64,000 bases of DNA from Candidatus Omnitrophota bacterium (GCA_041650795.1 JBAZKK010000004.1:3277-67276); one strand, 5' to 3'; shown: positions 8,881-17,653, counted from the first letter of the stretch. Translations and numbers: made by a program. Notes: generated by a model from the letters alone, not told the origin.

Positions 8881-9846
8881 ATGAAAAACGAAGCGGTTCT
8901 TGAAAAGTGGGCAGGTAAGGTCGCTAGCGTAAGCATCGGAGCGCTTAAACAGCAAGGGGGCAGCCGCAAGAGCGTAATCAATGTAGGCGGCGAAGAGACC
9001 TTGCCGTTTTTATTCAAGGAAGGCAGTATCCCGAACAGGCCGGCAATCGCTTTCGAGGTCTGGGATATCTATCCCGCGGACTGGCCTTCTTGCCTGCTTG
9101 GGGCTTACGGCGATACCCTTAAGGACCCTTTGCGTTGGGCAAGGAAGTGCACGCAGGAATACGGAGCCGGGCTTATCTGCCTCAAGCTGCAAGGCGCGCA
9201 TCCGGACCTCGGGAATAAAAATCCGGAGGAGGCGGCTTCTCTGGTAAGGGAACTGCTTAAGACGATTGACGTCCCGCTCGTTATTTTAGGCTGCGGCGAC
9301 GACAGCAAGGACAGCGCCGTGCTGCCTGCCTGTTCAGAGGCAGCCAGGGGGGAACGCTGCCTTATCGGAGATGCCCTGCAGGATAATTATAAAACCTTGA
9401 CTGCGGCAGTATTGGCTGATGGCCATAACATCATCGCAGAGTCCCCTATTGACGTCAATATCGCCAAGCAGCTCAATATCCTTATTTCTGACATGAACCT
9501 GCCGCTTGAGCGTATCGTAATCAACCCTACTATCGGCGCCCTCGGCTACGGGTTGGAATATGCCTATTCCATTATGGAGCGCGCCAGGCTTGCCGCGCTG
9601 GCTGGCGATAAGACCCTGGCAATGCCTTTCATATGTTTCGCAGGACAGGAGTCGTGGAGGGCAAAGGAAGCAAGGGCGAGTATGGCAGAATTCCCTGCCT
9701 GGGGAGAGGAAGGGCCGCGCGGCGTAATCTGGGAAGCCGTTACTGCCGCGGCATTACTGCAGGCAGGCGCGGATATCCTGGTAATGCGCCATCCCGCGGC
9801 TGTTGAAAAAATTAATAATCATATCGAGCGGTTATTCAGGAGGTAA
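8881..9846 (+). CDS. acsD: Corrinoid iron-sulfur protein small subunit (AcsD/CdhD, delta subunit)
   Basis: Strong similarity along the whole length to my recollection of AcsD (LPFLFKEGSIPNRP...ICLKLQGAHPD...PLVILGCGD...NILISDMNLPLERIVINPTIGALGYGLEYAYSIMERARLAAL...WEAVTAAALLQAGADILVMRHP). Confidence 0.85.
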   Translation: MKNEAVLEKWAGKVASVSIGALKQQGGSRKSVINVGGEETLPFLFKEGSIPNRPAIAFEVWDIYPADWPSCLLGAYGDTLKDPLRWARKCTQEYGAGLICLKLQGAHPDLGNKNPEEAASLVRELLKTIDVPLVILGCGDDSKDSAVLPACSEAARGERCLIGDALQDNYKTLTAAVLADGHNIIAESPIDVNIAKQLNILISDMNLPLERIVINPTIGALGYGLEYAYSIMERARLAALAGDKTLAMPFICFAGQESWRAKEARASMAEFPAWGEEGPRGVIWEAVTAAALLQAGADILVMRHPAAVEKINNHIERLFRR

Positions 9847-9848
9847 GC

Positions 9849-10637
9849 TTGTTTGTGATAGGCGAATTGATTAACGGCATGTATGCGGATATCGCCAGGG
9901 CCATTAAGGCAAGGGACAAGGCCATCGTGCAGGATTGCGCATTAGGACAGCTGGAGGCCGGGGCGGAGGCCTTGGATGTTAACTGCGGGCCTGCCTCGAG
10001 GCAGCCTGAAAGCGATATCCGCTGGCTGGTCGAGACTATCCGGGAGGTAACCGATGCCCCGCTGGCTTTGGATTCCAGCAAGCCCGAGGTGATCCTTTCC
10101 GGCCTGGAGGCCGCCGGGAACAAAGTTATTATTAATTCCACGACGGCAGACAGGGAAAAATTAGATAAGCTCCTGCCGCTTGCAAAAAAATATAATGCCA
10201 GGCTTATAGGTTTGGCTATCAGCGCCAAGGGCATCCCGCAGAGCAAGGACCAGAGGCTGGAGCTGGCGGCGGAGATTGTGGCTTGCTGTGTTGAACAGGG
10301 CTTTCCTACCGAAGACCTTTATCTCGACCCCGTTATTATGCCGGTTAATGTAGCCCAGTCGCAGTTGGGTGGGATATTGGAGGCCATCCGCGAGTTTAGG
10401 ATTATATCGGAACCTGCCCCCAAGACGGTAATCGGCCTAAGCAACGTTTCGCAGGGAACCTCTTGCCGCAGCCTTATCAACCGCACATTCCTGGTTATGG
10501 CAGCGGCCTTTGGCCTGGATGCCGCCATACTTGACCCTAAGGACAAAGAGCTCATGGATGCCTTGATTACCGCGGAGCTCGTTTTAAACAAACAGATATA
10601 CTGCGATTCCTATTTAGATGCCTACAGAAAAAAATAA
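9849..10637 (+). CDS. acsE: Methyltetrahydrofolate:corrinoid/iron-sulfur protein methyltransferase AcsE (pterin-binding domain)
   Basis: MFVIGELINGM...ALDVNCGPA...INSTTADREKL...DPVIMPVNVAQ...GLSNVSQG closely matches AcsE/MeTr; TTG start 7 nt after an AGGAGG RBS. Confidence 0.9.
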   Translation: MFVIGELINGMYADIARAIKARDKAIVQDCALGQLEAGAEALDVNCGPASRQPESDIRWLVETIREVTDAPLALDSSKPEVILSGLEAAGNKVIINSTTADREKLDKLLPLAKKYNARLIGLAISAKGIPQSKDQRLELAAEIVACCVEQGFPTEDLYLDPVIMPVNVAQSQLGGILEAIREFRIISEPAPKTVIGLSNVSQGTSCRSLINRTFLVMAAAFGLDAAILDPKDKELMDALITAELVLNKQIYCDSYLDAYRKK

Positions 10638-11028
10638 AAGGCGCAGGCGCCTACGCAGCCTAAGGCATATATTCCGTTTCCACGGCTTAGACGAAAGCCT
10701 CAAGCTTGCCTTCAAGGGCATATCCTACCTTTTTTTATACCACCGCAACATGCGCTTCATATTTATTTGCGGTGCAGCGGCGATGCTCCTGGGGGTGGCA
10801 TTCAGGCTGCAGGGGCTGGAGCTGGCAGCGCTCTGCATCAGCGTTACCCTGGTATTTATTGCCGAGATTTTCAATACCGCCATCGAACTGATGCTGGATA
10901 TGTCTAACCGTAAATACCACCCCATTATTAAGCTTGTCAAGGACATCGCCGCAGGCGTGGTATTGATTGCTTCCCTTAATGCCGCGGCAGTGGGTTTCAT
11001 ACTTTTCATGCGCCGCATCTTAAGATAA
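10618..11028 (+). CDS. dgkA: Diacylglycerol kinase / undecaprenol kinase family (DgkA)
   Basis: Three TM helices; EIFNTAIELMLD and KDIAAGVVLIA match the DgkA motifs EILNSAIE and KDMGSAAV. Confidence 0.7.
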   Translation: MPTEKNKRRRRLRSLRHIFRFHGLDESLKLAFKGISYLFLYHRNMRFIFICGAAAMLLGVAFRLQGLELAALCISVTLVFIAEIFNTAIELMLDMSNRKYHPIIKLVKDIAAGVVLIASLNAAAVGFILFMRRILR

Positions 11029-11074
11029 CCCTGTTCTGCGCAGTCGCGATACTTAAAAAGAAAGGTCGGATAAT

Positions 11075-11215
11075 ATGATAAAGAGGATAGTTGTCCTGGC
11101 GCTGGTTGCGGCAGGGGCATACCTTTTCTATAAATACTTCATGGCTTCCGCGATGGAGCCGTTTTTTAAACAGAAGGTGGAGTTCGGCCTAAAGGTGCCC
11201 GAGGCCAAATATTAG
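11075..11215 (+). CDS. Possible small membrane protein of 46 aa (MIKRIVVLALVAAGAYLFYKYF...), not in the ORF track
   Basis: ATG preceded by an AAAGG RBS-like sequence; single hydrophobic helix; nothing else supports it. Confidence 0.3.
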   Translation: MIKRIVVLALVAAGAYLFYKYFMASAMEPFFKQKVEFGLKVPEAKY

Positions 11216-11298
11216 GAAAGTTTATTTCTTGACCGGGCAAGGTTTCTGTTGTAATGTATTAATAATTAAAAACAGGCAGTCAGCGTAAAAAAAATAAA

Positions 11299-12324
11299 AT
11301 GAGAAAGATTATTCCGGTTTTGGTCCTGGCGGTGTTCTTGGGAGGCTGCGCAACCTATAAATTCCAGCACGGCGAGAAACCCTACGATAAGGGATATGTG
11401 GTTTCACGCGGGGGACACACCCTGCTGGAATATACGGCAGGAAGCGGCAATAGCGTCCCGCAGGACCTTGAGGTTGCCAAGAGCCGGTTTAAAAGACGCC
11501 GCCGCAGGGTAGAGCGCTATTACAAACAGATGGGAGAGATCCAGAACCGTTTTAAGGCGACGTTCGTTGACCCGGTGGTAATGGGTTTTAAGTTTTTGGG
11601 TGGGATGCTGAAACTCCCTTGCGTAGCCGTCTCCGATTACCGTTACGGACATAATTCCAAGTACCGCAAGAAAATCGACAGGATGGAGCGGGAGCAGGAT
11701 GAAAAAGAAGCGATGCGCACTGCTTTGCTCAAGGAGCAGTTGGACGATTATATCCGGAAAGATTTGGCTTCTGAAGGTCCTCCTGCGGCAGAGGGGGGTC
11801 AGGCAAAGGCAGCCGGCCCTGTTGCAGAAGAGAGGGATATCTCTATAGGGAGCGATACCGCAGAAAATCCTCCCGTAGAGACGCCCGCAGAAAACCCCAT
11901 AGCAGCGCCGGAGACCCGGATAGCGCCTCTCCAGGAAGCCGGCCCTGTTCTGGAGGAAACTGCGAAAACTCCAAGCGAAACCCAGACAGAGGCAGCAGCT
12001 GTTGCCGCACCGGTGAAAGGAAAATCCAAGGAGCGCCCCAAGGTTGTGTCAGAACCCATGGCAGTTATTATTGCCAAGCCGATAAAGGGGTGCTCTCCGC
12101 TAACGGTGCGTTTCTACGGCTCAAAATCTTATAGCAAGAAAGCCAGGATAGTATCTTACCAGTGGGACTTTGGAGACGGCGATACTTCTAATAAGCCTAA
12201 TCCCGTTAATACCTATTACAGCGGTTCCTATTACCCCAGGCATTTTGCAGTAACCCTGACAGTCACCGACAGCCAGGGGTATAGTGATACCGCCCATTTG
12301 TTGATTGAGGTTATTAATAAATAG
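11299..12324 (+). CDS. Lipoprotein with Pro/Ala/Glu-rich low-complexity linker and C-terminal PKD domain
   Basis: Lipobox VFLGGC; linker with an internal near-repeat (AGPVAEE / AGPVLEE); C-terminal PKD-like WDFGDGDTS motif. Confidence 0.6.
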   Translation: MRKIIPVLVLAVFLGGCATYKFQHGEKPYDKGYVVSRGGHTLLEYTAGSGNSVPQDLEVAKSRFKRRRRRVERYYKQMGEIQNRFKATFVDPVVMGFKFLGGMLKLPCVAVSDYRYGHNSKYRKKIDRMEREQDEKEAMRTALLKEQLDDYIRKDLASEGPPAAEGGQAKAAGPVAEERDISIGSDTAENPPVETPAENPIAAPETRIAPLQEAGPVLEETAKTPSETQTEAAAVAAPVKGKSKERPKVVSEPMAVIIAKPIKGCSPLTVRFYGSKSYSKKARIVSYQWDFGDGDTSNKPNPVNTYYSGSYYPRHFAVTLTVTDSQGYSDTAHLLIEVINK

Positions 12325-12409
12325 AGGCAACAGCGAATTTCCGGATATCTCGTAGAAACAGCAATGCCGTTATTTCTTTGTTTCATTGTTTTAAGCAACA
12401 GCGAGCGAC

Positions 12410-12483
12410 GGCGGAGTAGCTCAGCCTGATAGAGCACGCGGCTCATACCCGCTTGGTCGGAGGTTTAAATCCTCTCTCCGCCA
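12410..12483 (+). tRNA. tRNA with CAT anticodon (elongator Met or lysidine-modified Ile2), 74 nt, no encoded CCA
   Basis: Hand-folded cloverleaf: acceptor GGCGGAG/CTCCGCC, D stem GCTC/GAGC, anticodon loop CTCATAC, variable loop TGGTC, T stem GGAGG/CCTCT. D-loop reads AGCCTGATA (A at position 19) and T-loop TTTAAAT (T at position 56). Confidence 0.8.
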
Positions 12484-12496
12484 CTTTAGAAGGAAA

Positions 12497-12961
12497 ATGG
12501 GCGATATGCAAAGCCTGGAAGCTATCCTAAAAGAACAATCGTTTTTCAAGGGCCTGCCTGCAAAGTATATCGATTTTATCGTAGGATGCGCCTCACACGT
12601 TGTTTTTAAACCCGGCCAGGTCATCCTGAGAGAAACAGAAGCGGCGGATAAATTCTATCTTATCCGCAGCGGAAATGTCGCTATATATATTGAGCAGCCG
12701 CGCGAGATTACCATCCAGACTATTCACGAGGGCGATATCCTCGGATGGTCATGGCTCATCCCACCTCATCGTTATCGCTTTAGCGCAAAGGCAATGGATA
12801 ACGTCCGGGCACTTGCCTTAAACGGCAAGTGCTTGAGAGAGAAATGCGAGAAGAATCCCGATTTAGGTTACGAGTTCTTAAAAAGGCTGGTGGATGTTTT
12901 TGCCCAGCGCCTGGAAGCGACGAGGCTGCAGCTTTTAGATGTGTACGGCATAAATAAATAG
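12497..12961 (+). CDS. Stand-alone cyclic-nucleotide-binding (CAP effector) domain protein without a DNA-binding domain
   Basis: FFKGLP...FKPGQVILRETEAADKFYLIRSGNVAIY...GDILGWSWL cNMP-binding fold; 154 aa, no C-terminal HTH. Confidence 0.7.
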   Translation: MGDMQSLEAILKEQSFFKGLPAKYIDFIVGCASHVVFKPGQVILRETEAADKFYLIRSGNVAIYIEQPREITIQTIHEGDILGWSWLIPPHRYRFSAKAMDNVRALALNGKCLREKCEKNPDLGYEFLKRLVDVFAQRLEATRLQLLDVYGINK

Positions 12962-13012
12962 GCCCAACTTATGCTGCAGGGAGTTTTACTTATAAAATAG
13001 GAGGCGGATGAT

Positions 13013-13606
13013 ATGAGCTGGTGCGCTAGGTCCTTGAGGCTGGCGTGTTTTGTTTTTTTTGTCTTTTTGGCGTCTCTTAGCTGCTGGGGGCAAGAAGCCA
13101 AGCCCTTCCGCCTTGAGGGGGTGGAGTTTCTTTCGGGGTACGGGAGGGGGGACTTAAGACTGAAAAAAGACTACCAGGTAGTGCCGTTTTTCTTGGATTT
13201 TGATTTCAAACTGAAGCCGCTGCTTGCCAGGAAAAATATCAATTTCCCCGGCCTGCTGCAATTTATAGTAGAGCCGTTTGTCTCCTATGTCACCGACCCC
13301 GATAAAAACATGGAGGTGGGGAATAACCTCTTGATTAAAATAGGGCTTTTTCCGGAGGGCTGGACCGTGCAGCCTTATATTAAAGGCGGGGCAGGTTTTC
13401 TTTATATGAGCCAGCACACCCTGGAACAGGGCACGCAGTTCAATTTTACCGAGTGTATCGGCGCAGGGGTGCATTATTTTTTCAGAAAGAATGCCGCGTT
13501 TACCCTGGAGTATCGCTACCGCCACGTCTCCAATTGCGATATCAAGCTTCCTAACGGCGGGATAGACAGCAATTTTTTCGTGGGGGGGGTCTCGTTCCTT
13601 TTTTAA
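13013..13606 (+). CDS. Outer-membrane beta-barrel protein, PagL-like lipid A deacylase / acyloxyacyl hydrolase family (tentative)
   Basis: Signal peptide; alternating beta-strand pattern; C-terminal HVSNCD motif resembling the PagL His/Ser active site; ends in an aromatic residue (FLF). Confidence 0.45.
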   Translation: MSWCARSLRLACFVFFVFLASLSCWGQEAKPFRLEGVEFLSGYGRGDLRLKKDYQVVPFFLDFDFKLKPLLARKNINFPGLLQFIVEPFVSYVTDPDKNMEVGNNLLIKIGLFPEGWTVQPYIKGGAGFLYMSQHTLEQGTQFNFTECIGAGVHYFFRKNAAFTLEYRYRHVSNCDIKLPNGGIDSNFFVGGVSFLF

Positions 13607-13618
13607 CGTATAAAAAAT

Positions 13619-13930
13619 ATGAAAAAGTGCCCCTATTGTAAAGAGAATATCGGGGAGGATGCCGTCAGATGCGGATATTGCGGCAATATACTTAATAAGA
13701 AAAACGGGGGGAAGTGGTATTTTAAGAACTCCGTCTTGCTGTTCGCTTTTCTATGCTTTGGCCCTTTGGCGTTGCCGCTGATTTGGCTTAATCCGCGCCT
13801 ATCATCCAGAATCAAGATAACTGTAACCATCGCCGTCGCCGTTTTTTCTTACTTGCTGGCAGCCTTCCTTGCCGATTCCGTTGATTCTATCTTCAGATAT
13901 TATCGCCAGGTATATCAACCCGGTTTTTGA
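13619..13930 (+). CDS. Zinc-ribbon (CPYC...CGYC) membrane protein, hypothetical
   Basis: N-terminal CxxC-x11-CxxC followed by two hydrophobic helices. Confidence 0.5.
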   Translation: MKKCPYCKENIGEDAVRCGYCGNILNKKNGGKWYFKNSVLLFAFLCFGPLALPLIWLNPRLSSRIKITVTIAVAVFSYLLAAFLADSVDSIFRYYRQVYQPGF

Positions 13931-14952
13931 CCGTTTCCTGTGTCTTAAACCTGATTCAGCCTGTAGTTTTTAGCGCGCATAAAATGGATATTTTTTATCC
14001 CATAAGAATATTAGCCGACTGGTTGAGTTGCCGGGTGTTTTTGATGCCCCGCCAGAGCCTCCTTGCCGAGGCGTTAAATTTTTTTATTTTTGACACCATA
14101 AAGATATTTTTGCTTCTTGCGGTAATAATCTTCGCGGTTTCGTTTTTGCGTTCGTTCGTACCCGCTGAAAGGATAAGAAACGTCCTCTCCCGCAAAAATA
14201 GATATGGCGGCAACCTATTGGCGGCCGCCTTCGGGATTATCACTCCTTTCTGTAGCTGTAGCGCTATCCCGCTTTTTTGGGGGTTTCTGGAAGCAGGCGT
14301 CCCGTTAGGCGTTACATTTTCTTTCCTGGTTTCTTCCCCTATGATAAACGAGGTTGCCCTAGTTTTGCTTTTGGGGATGTTTGGCCTGAAGATAGCCTTA
14401 ATCTATGCCGGCAGCGGTCTCGTGATTGCCGTGTTTTCGGGGGTAATCATCGGCCGGCTTAAAGCGGAGAGGCTTTTGAATAATGCCGTCTTTAAGGCCC
14501 CGTCGAGCGCGGCTATTTCTAATTTCAGAATGACCCGCAGAGACAGGTTTAGGTATGCCGGCTCTTATACCGTTTTTGTTATCAAGAAGGTCTGGTTGTA
14601 TGTAATTATAGGAATAGCCGTCGGAGCCTGGATACACGGTTACATCCCGGCCGATTTCCTCGCAAGGTATGCCGGAGGCGACAAGTGGTATGCGGTGCCC
14701 TTGGCTACGCTGATAGGCATCCCGCTTTATTCCAATGCCGCCGGGGTTATCCCTTTGGTAAGCGCCTTAACGGAAAAAGGCATCAGCATTGGCACGACCC
14801 TCGCGTTTATGATGGCGGTAACCGGATTGTCGTTACCTGAATTCATGATTTTGAAAAAAGTAATGAAAGGGAGGCTTCTGCTTATATTTGCAGTGCTTGT
14901 AGGAAGCGGTATTATCTTTACGGGTTACTTATTTAATTTCATTCTTAAATGA
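13927..14952 (+). CDS. Predicted permease, COG0701/DUF318 family (CSC-motif transporter)
   Basis: Multi-TM; conserved ITPFCSCSAIPLF motif. Start uncertain: a TTG at 13927 overlaps the upstream stop, alternative ATG at 13984. Confidence 0.7.
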   Translation: MTVSCVLNLIQPVVFSAHKMDIFYPIRILADWLSCRVFLMPRQSLLAEALNFFIFDTIKIFLLLAVIIFAVSFLRSFVPAERIRNVLSRKNRYGGNLLAAAFGIITPFCSCSAIPLFWGFLEAGVPLGVTFSFLVSSPMINEVALVLLLGMFGLKIALIYAGSGLVIAVFSGVIIGRLKAERLLNNAVFKAPSSAAISNFRMTRRDRFRYAGSYTVFVIKKVWLYVIIGIAVGAWIHGYIPADFLARYAGGDKWYAVPLATLIGIPLYSNAAGVIPLVSALTEKGISIGTTLAFMMAVTGLSLPEFMILKKVMKGRLLLIFAVLVGSGIIFTGYLFNFILK

Positions 14953-14983
14953 GGCGTATTTTCCTTCCGGAGCGCCCCCGATA

Positions 14984-15757
14984 TTATATCCTTTTGAGCA
15001 GTTCCTCGGCAACTTTTTTACCAGACAGAAGCATCCCGCCGAATACCGGGCCCATGCGGGGCGCCCCGAATACCGCGTTGGCGCACATCCCGCAGACATA
15101 GAGTCCGGCACAGGCTTCCCTGGAATTTTTCACGATAACATCCTCAGCTGCCTCTGCCCACATTGAGCCTTCCCCCAGGATTTTCCCCGAGGGGGTCGCC
15201 AGCCTTATGCCGGATTTATTTTCAACGATGCGCACGACCTCGGCTGCATGCCCGGTAGCGTCAACCACGTATTTGGCCTTCATGGTAATGGGGTCTACGT
15301 GAAGATTGGCTATTTCTACCGCCGACCAGTTAAGCACCAGCCCGCATACCCGCTTGTTCCTGACCATTACGTCTTCGGCGCTTATCAGGTTGAATATCCT
15401 TGCTCCTGCCTGGACGGTTTTGGAGCATAATGTGGCAACGGATTCCACGGAATCCGCCAGGTAGTAATCCTTAGAGTAGAGCTCGCTTCTGATGCCGAAT
15501 TCATCAAGTATCTTTTTTGCTTTGCCCTGGACTACTATTTCGTTAAACATCATGCCGCCGCCCCACATCCCGCCCCCTACCGACAGCTTTCTTTCGAATA
15601 TCGCAACCTTCTTATTGCTTTTTGCCAAATAATAAGCGCAGCACATCCCCGAAGGACCGGCGCCTACAATTGCCACCTCTGCCTCAAGATAATCGTTGAG
15701 CTTGGCGGAGTATCTCTTAAGTATTGCCCGTGAAACCTTTATTTCATCCAGAGCCAT
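14984..15757 (-). CDS. thi4: Thiazole synthase Thi4 family (sulfide-dependent thiamin thiazole synthase)
   Basis: FAD-binding [18 protein letters not shown] and the Gly-rich [12 protein letters not shown] signature; preceded by a TPP riboswitch. Confidence 0.85.
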   Translation of the reverse strand: MALDEIKVSRAILKRYSAKLNDYLEAEVAIVGAGPSGMCCAYYLAKSNKKVAIFERKLSVGGGMWGGGMMFNEIVVQGKAKKILDEFGIRSELYSKDYYLADSVESVATLCSKTVQAGARIFNLISAEDVMVRNKRVCGLVLNWSAVEIANLHVDPITMKAKYVVDATGHAAEVVRIVENKSGIRLATPSGKILGEGSMWAEAAEDVIVKNSREACAGLYVCGMCANAVFGAPRMGPVFGGMLLSGKKVAEELLKRI

Positions 15758-15773
15758 TTTATGCCCCCCCTGT

Positions 15774-15810
15774 AAATAAAAACCCCCTGTTTTTTAGAGC
15801 AATAGGGGGT
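15774..15810 (-). terminator. Intrinsic terminator hairpin serving as the expression platform of the TPP riboswitch, immediately upstream of the thi4 RBS
   Basis: On the − strand: CCCCCT-ATTGCTCTAAAAAAC-AGGGGG followed by TTTTTATTT, then the AGGGGGGG RBS and ATG of thi4. Confidence 0.6.
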
Positions 15811-15828
15811 GTTTTGTAAAAATGCTAT

Positions 15829-15920
15829 CTCCCTACGCTGGCATTATCCAGGTCAGGTTCTGCGGGTCATCTGCTCTTTTAAGCAGAACTCTCAGGCACT
15901 GCGATTGCCTCCCCGTTACC
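15829..15920 (-). promoter_or_regulatory. TPP (THI-box) riboswitch aptamer
   Basis: − strand reads GGGGAGGCAATCGCAGTGCCTGAGAG...ACCCGCAGAACCTGACCTGGATAATGCCAGCGTAGGGAG, matching the THI-element core (CUGAGA, ACCUGAUCUGGAUAAUGCCAGCGUAGGGA). Confidence 0.9.
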
Positions 15921-15929
15921 TTATAGGTA

Positions 15930-15958
15930 ATGGTAATACAGTTATCGGAAATTGTCAA
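15930..15958 (-). promoter_or_regulatory. Candidate sigma70-like promoter driving the riboswitch-thi4 transcript
   Basis: − strand TTGACA-N17-TACCAT about 7 nt upstream of the aptamer's 5' end. Confidence 0.35.
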
Positions 15959-15980
15959 GATATGATAGAAGCAAAAAAAG

Positions 15981-16009
15981 TTGTGCAAGGAGCGCTATTA
16001 CTATATAAT
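15981..16009 (+). promoter_or_regulatory. Candidate sigma70-like promoter for the downstream membrane-protein gene
   Basis: TTGTGC-N17-TATAAT. Confidence 0.4.
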
Positions 16010-16092
16010 ATTCCAGGACAAGAAATATCCGGTTAACTGACCTCAAGCAGCGCTTCGTTATTTTCACTTAAATAAAAAAGGGAGAATAGAGC

Positions 16093-16638
16093 ATGGAAGC
16101 TAAAAGGCCTTTGGGGATTACTGTGTTGGGATGGTTATTTATCATAGCAGGGGCATTCGGGTTATCCGGAGTTATAATCAATGCCGGGGGCTACCCTCAT
16201 ATCGCGCGCATGGAATTTCGCGCATCCTTGATGCTTCTGCTTAATGGCGCGCTCGCCCTTGCCAGTATCGCCTGCGGGGCGTTCCTTCTGAAGCTTAAAT
16301 CCTGGGCAAGAAAGCTGGCGATTATCCTGTGTCTGGCAAATATCGGAGTGGCCCTGGCTAATTTCAGGCTGGCCCCCGCCTTATTGAAGAACCAGCAGGA
16401 ATTTGAAAAAAATGAGCAGTTGATACGCCAGAGGTATAAGCCTGAATATCAACAGGAGGCTTTGGAAGAGTACCGCAGGATAAAGCAGGCCAGCGATAAG
16501 GTTCTTCCGGTAATTCTCGGTATTATGGCGGCGCTTCCGATTGCCTGGAATGCCGTCGTCATTTATTATCTTAGCCGTCCGAAACTCCAGGAGAAGTTTG
16601 AGGAGAACAGGCAGCCAGGGGAATCTGACCTGCAGTAA
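16093..16638 (+). CDS. Hypothetical four-TM membrane protein
   Basis: Four hydrophobic helices, charged central loop; no recognisable motifs. Confidence 0.5.
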   Translation: MEAKRPLGITVLGWLFIIAGAFGLSGVIINAGGYPHIARMEFRASLMLLLNGALALASIACGAFLLKLKSWARKLAIILCLANIGVALANFRLAPALLKNQQEFEKNEQLIRQRYKPEYQQEALEEYRRIKQASDKVLPVILGIMAALPIAWNAVVIYYLSRPKLQEKFEENRQPGESDLQ

Positions 16639-16649
16639 TCCTTTGATAT

Positions 16650-17621
16650 ATGACGATACCGGATAAGGTAAGAAGCGTCCTTAAGAGGCAGCGTCTTTTA
16701 ACCAAAGGCGAGAAGGTAGTATTGGGGGTTTCCGGGGGGCCGGATTCCGTGGCTATGTTATATATATTAACCGGCCTCAGTAAGGAATGGAGACTTGCTC
16801 TTCACGTCGCCCACCTTGACCATATGCTCAGGAAGGATTCGTATAAGGACAGGGAATTTGTAGAAGGGCTGGCGCGTAAGTTTGGGTTAGAGTTCAGCTC
16901 AGGCGAAATAAATGTGCGCGCACTGGCTAAAAAAGGCTCGTTAGAAGAGGCAGCCCGTGAAGCCCGCCTGGGATTTTTATTCGGCGTAGCCAGGGATATC
17001 AAGGCCGGGAAAATCGCTCTCGGGCATACCCTCGATGACCAGGCAGAGACAGTTTTGATGCGCATCATAAGGGGCACCGGTTTATACGGGCTTTCGGGGA
17101 TATTGCCCAAAAGGGAAATCGCGGGTTTTCAGATTATACGTCCTTTGCTTGCGCTCAGGCGCTCGGAGATCGAGGCTTATCTTAGGCAAAAAAAGATTAA
17201 GCCGCTGTTTGACCCTTCCAATTCGGATGATATTTATTTCCGCAATAAGATACGGCGCAGGCTCCTGCCGTTGTTGGAAAAGGATTATAACCGCAATATC
17301 AAGGAGGTATTGGCTAATCTGGCAACGAGCGCAGGGTATGATTATGATTACCTGTGGTCGGTAGCCGAAAAGAAAGCAGGCGCCGATGCCGGAAGCATTA
17401 ACCTTAAGAGATTCCTGAGGTTGCCGGTATCATTGCAGAGGCTGATGCTGCGTTTGTGTATCCAGCGTTTAAACGGCGATACCCGCAGGCTAACCTTTAA
17501 ACATGTCTCTGAGATGGAGGACCTTATTTTTAACCGCCCGGTCAATTCCGTAGTCGACCTGCCCAGGGGCTTATCGTTCTCAAAACGTCCATCCTGCCTG
17601 GTCTTCTATAAAAGAAAATAG
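16650..17621 (+). CDS. tilS: tRNA(Ile)-lysidine synthetase TilS
   Basis: PP-loop VLGVSGGPDSVAM; TilS-like length and C-terminal region. Confidence 0.85.
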   Translation: MTIPDKVRSVLKRQRLLTKGEKVVLGVSGGPDSVAMLYILTGLSKEWRLALHVAHLDHMLRKDSYKDREFVEGLARKFGLEFSSGEINVRALAKKGSLEEAAREARLGFLFGVARDIKAGKIALGHTLDDQAETVLMRIIRGTGLYGLSGILPKREIAGFQIIRPLLALRRSEIEAYLRQKKIKPLFDPSNSDDIYFRNKIRRRLLPLLEKDYNRNIKEVLANLATSAGYDYDYLWSVAEKKAGADAGSINLKRFLRLPVSLQRLMLRLCIQRLNGDTRRLTFKHVSEMEDLIFNRPVNSVVDLPRGLSFSKRPSCLVFYKRK

Positions 17622-17653
17622 GTTTTAACCACAGGCAAAAAAATCAATAAAGG

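Noticed and set aside
12410-12483. Possibility that the CAT tRNA is an initiator tRNA-fMet
   Set aside because: It has a G1:C72 Watson-Crick pair, a pyrimidine11:purine24 pair and no three consecutive G:C pairs in the anticodon stem. These are elongator or Ile2-type features.
15809-16036. 75-aa + strand ORF from the six-frame track
   Set aside because: It lies entirely over the − strand TPP riboswitch and promoter region, has no RBS, and the conserved nucleotides are explained by the RNA element instead.
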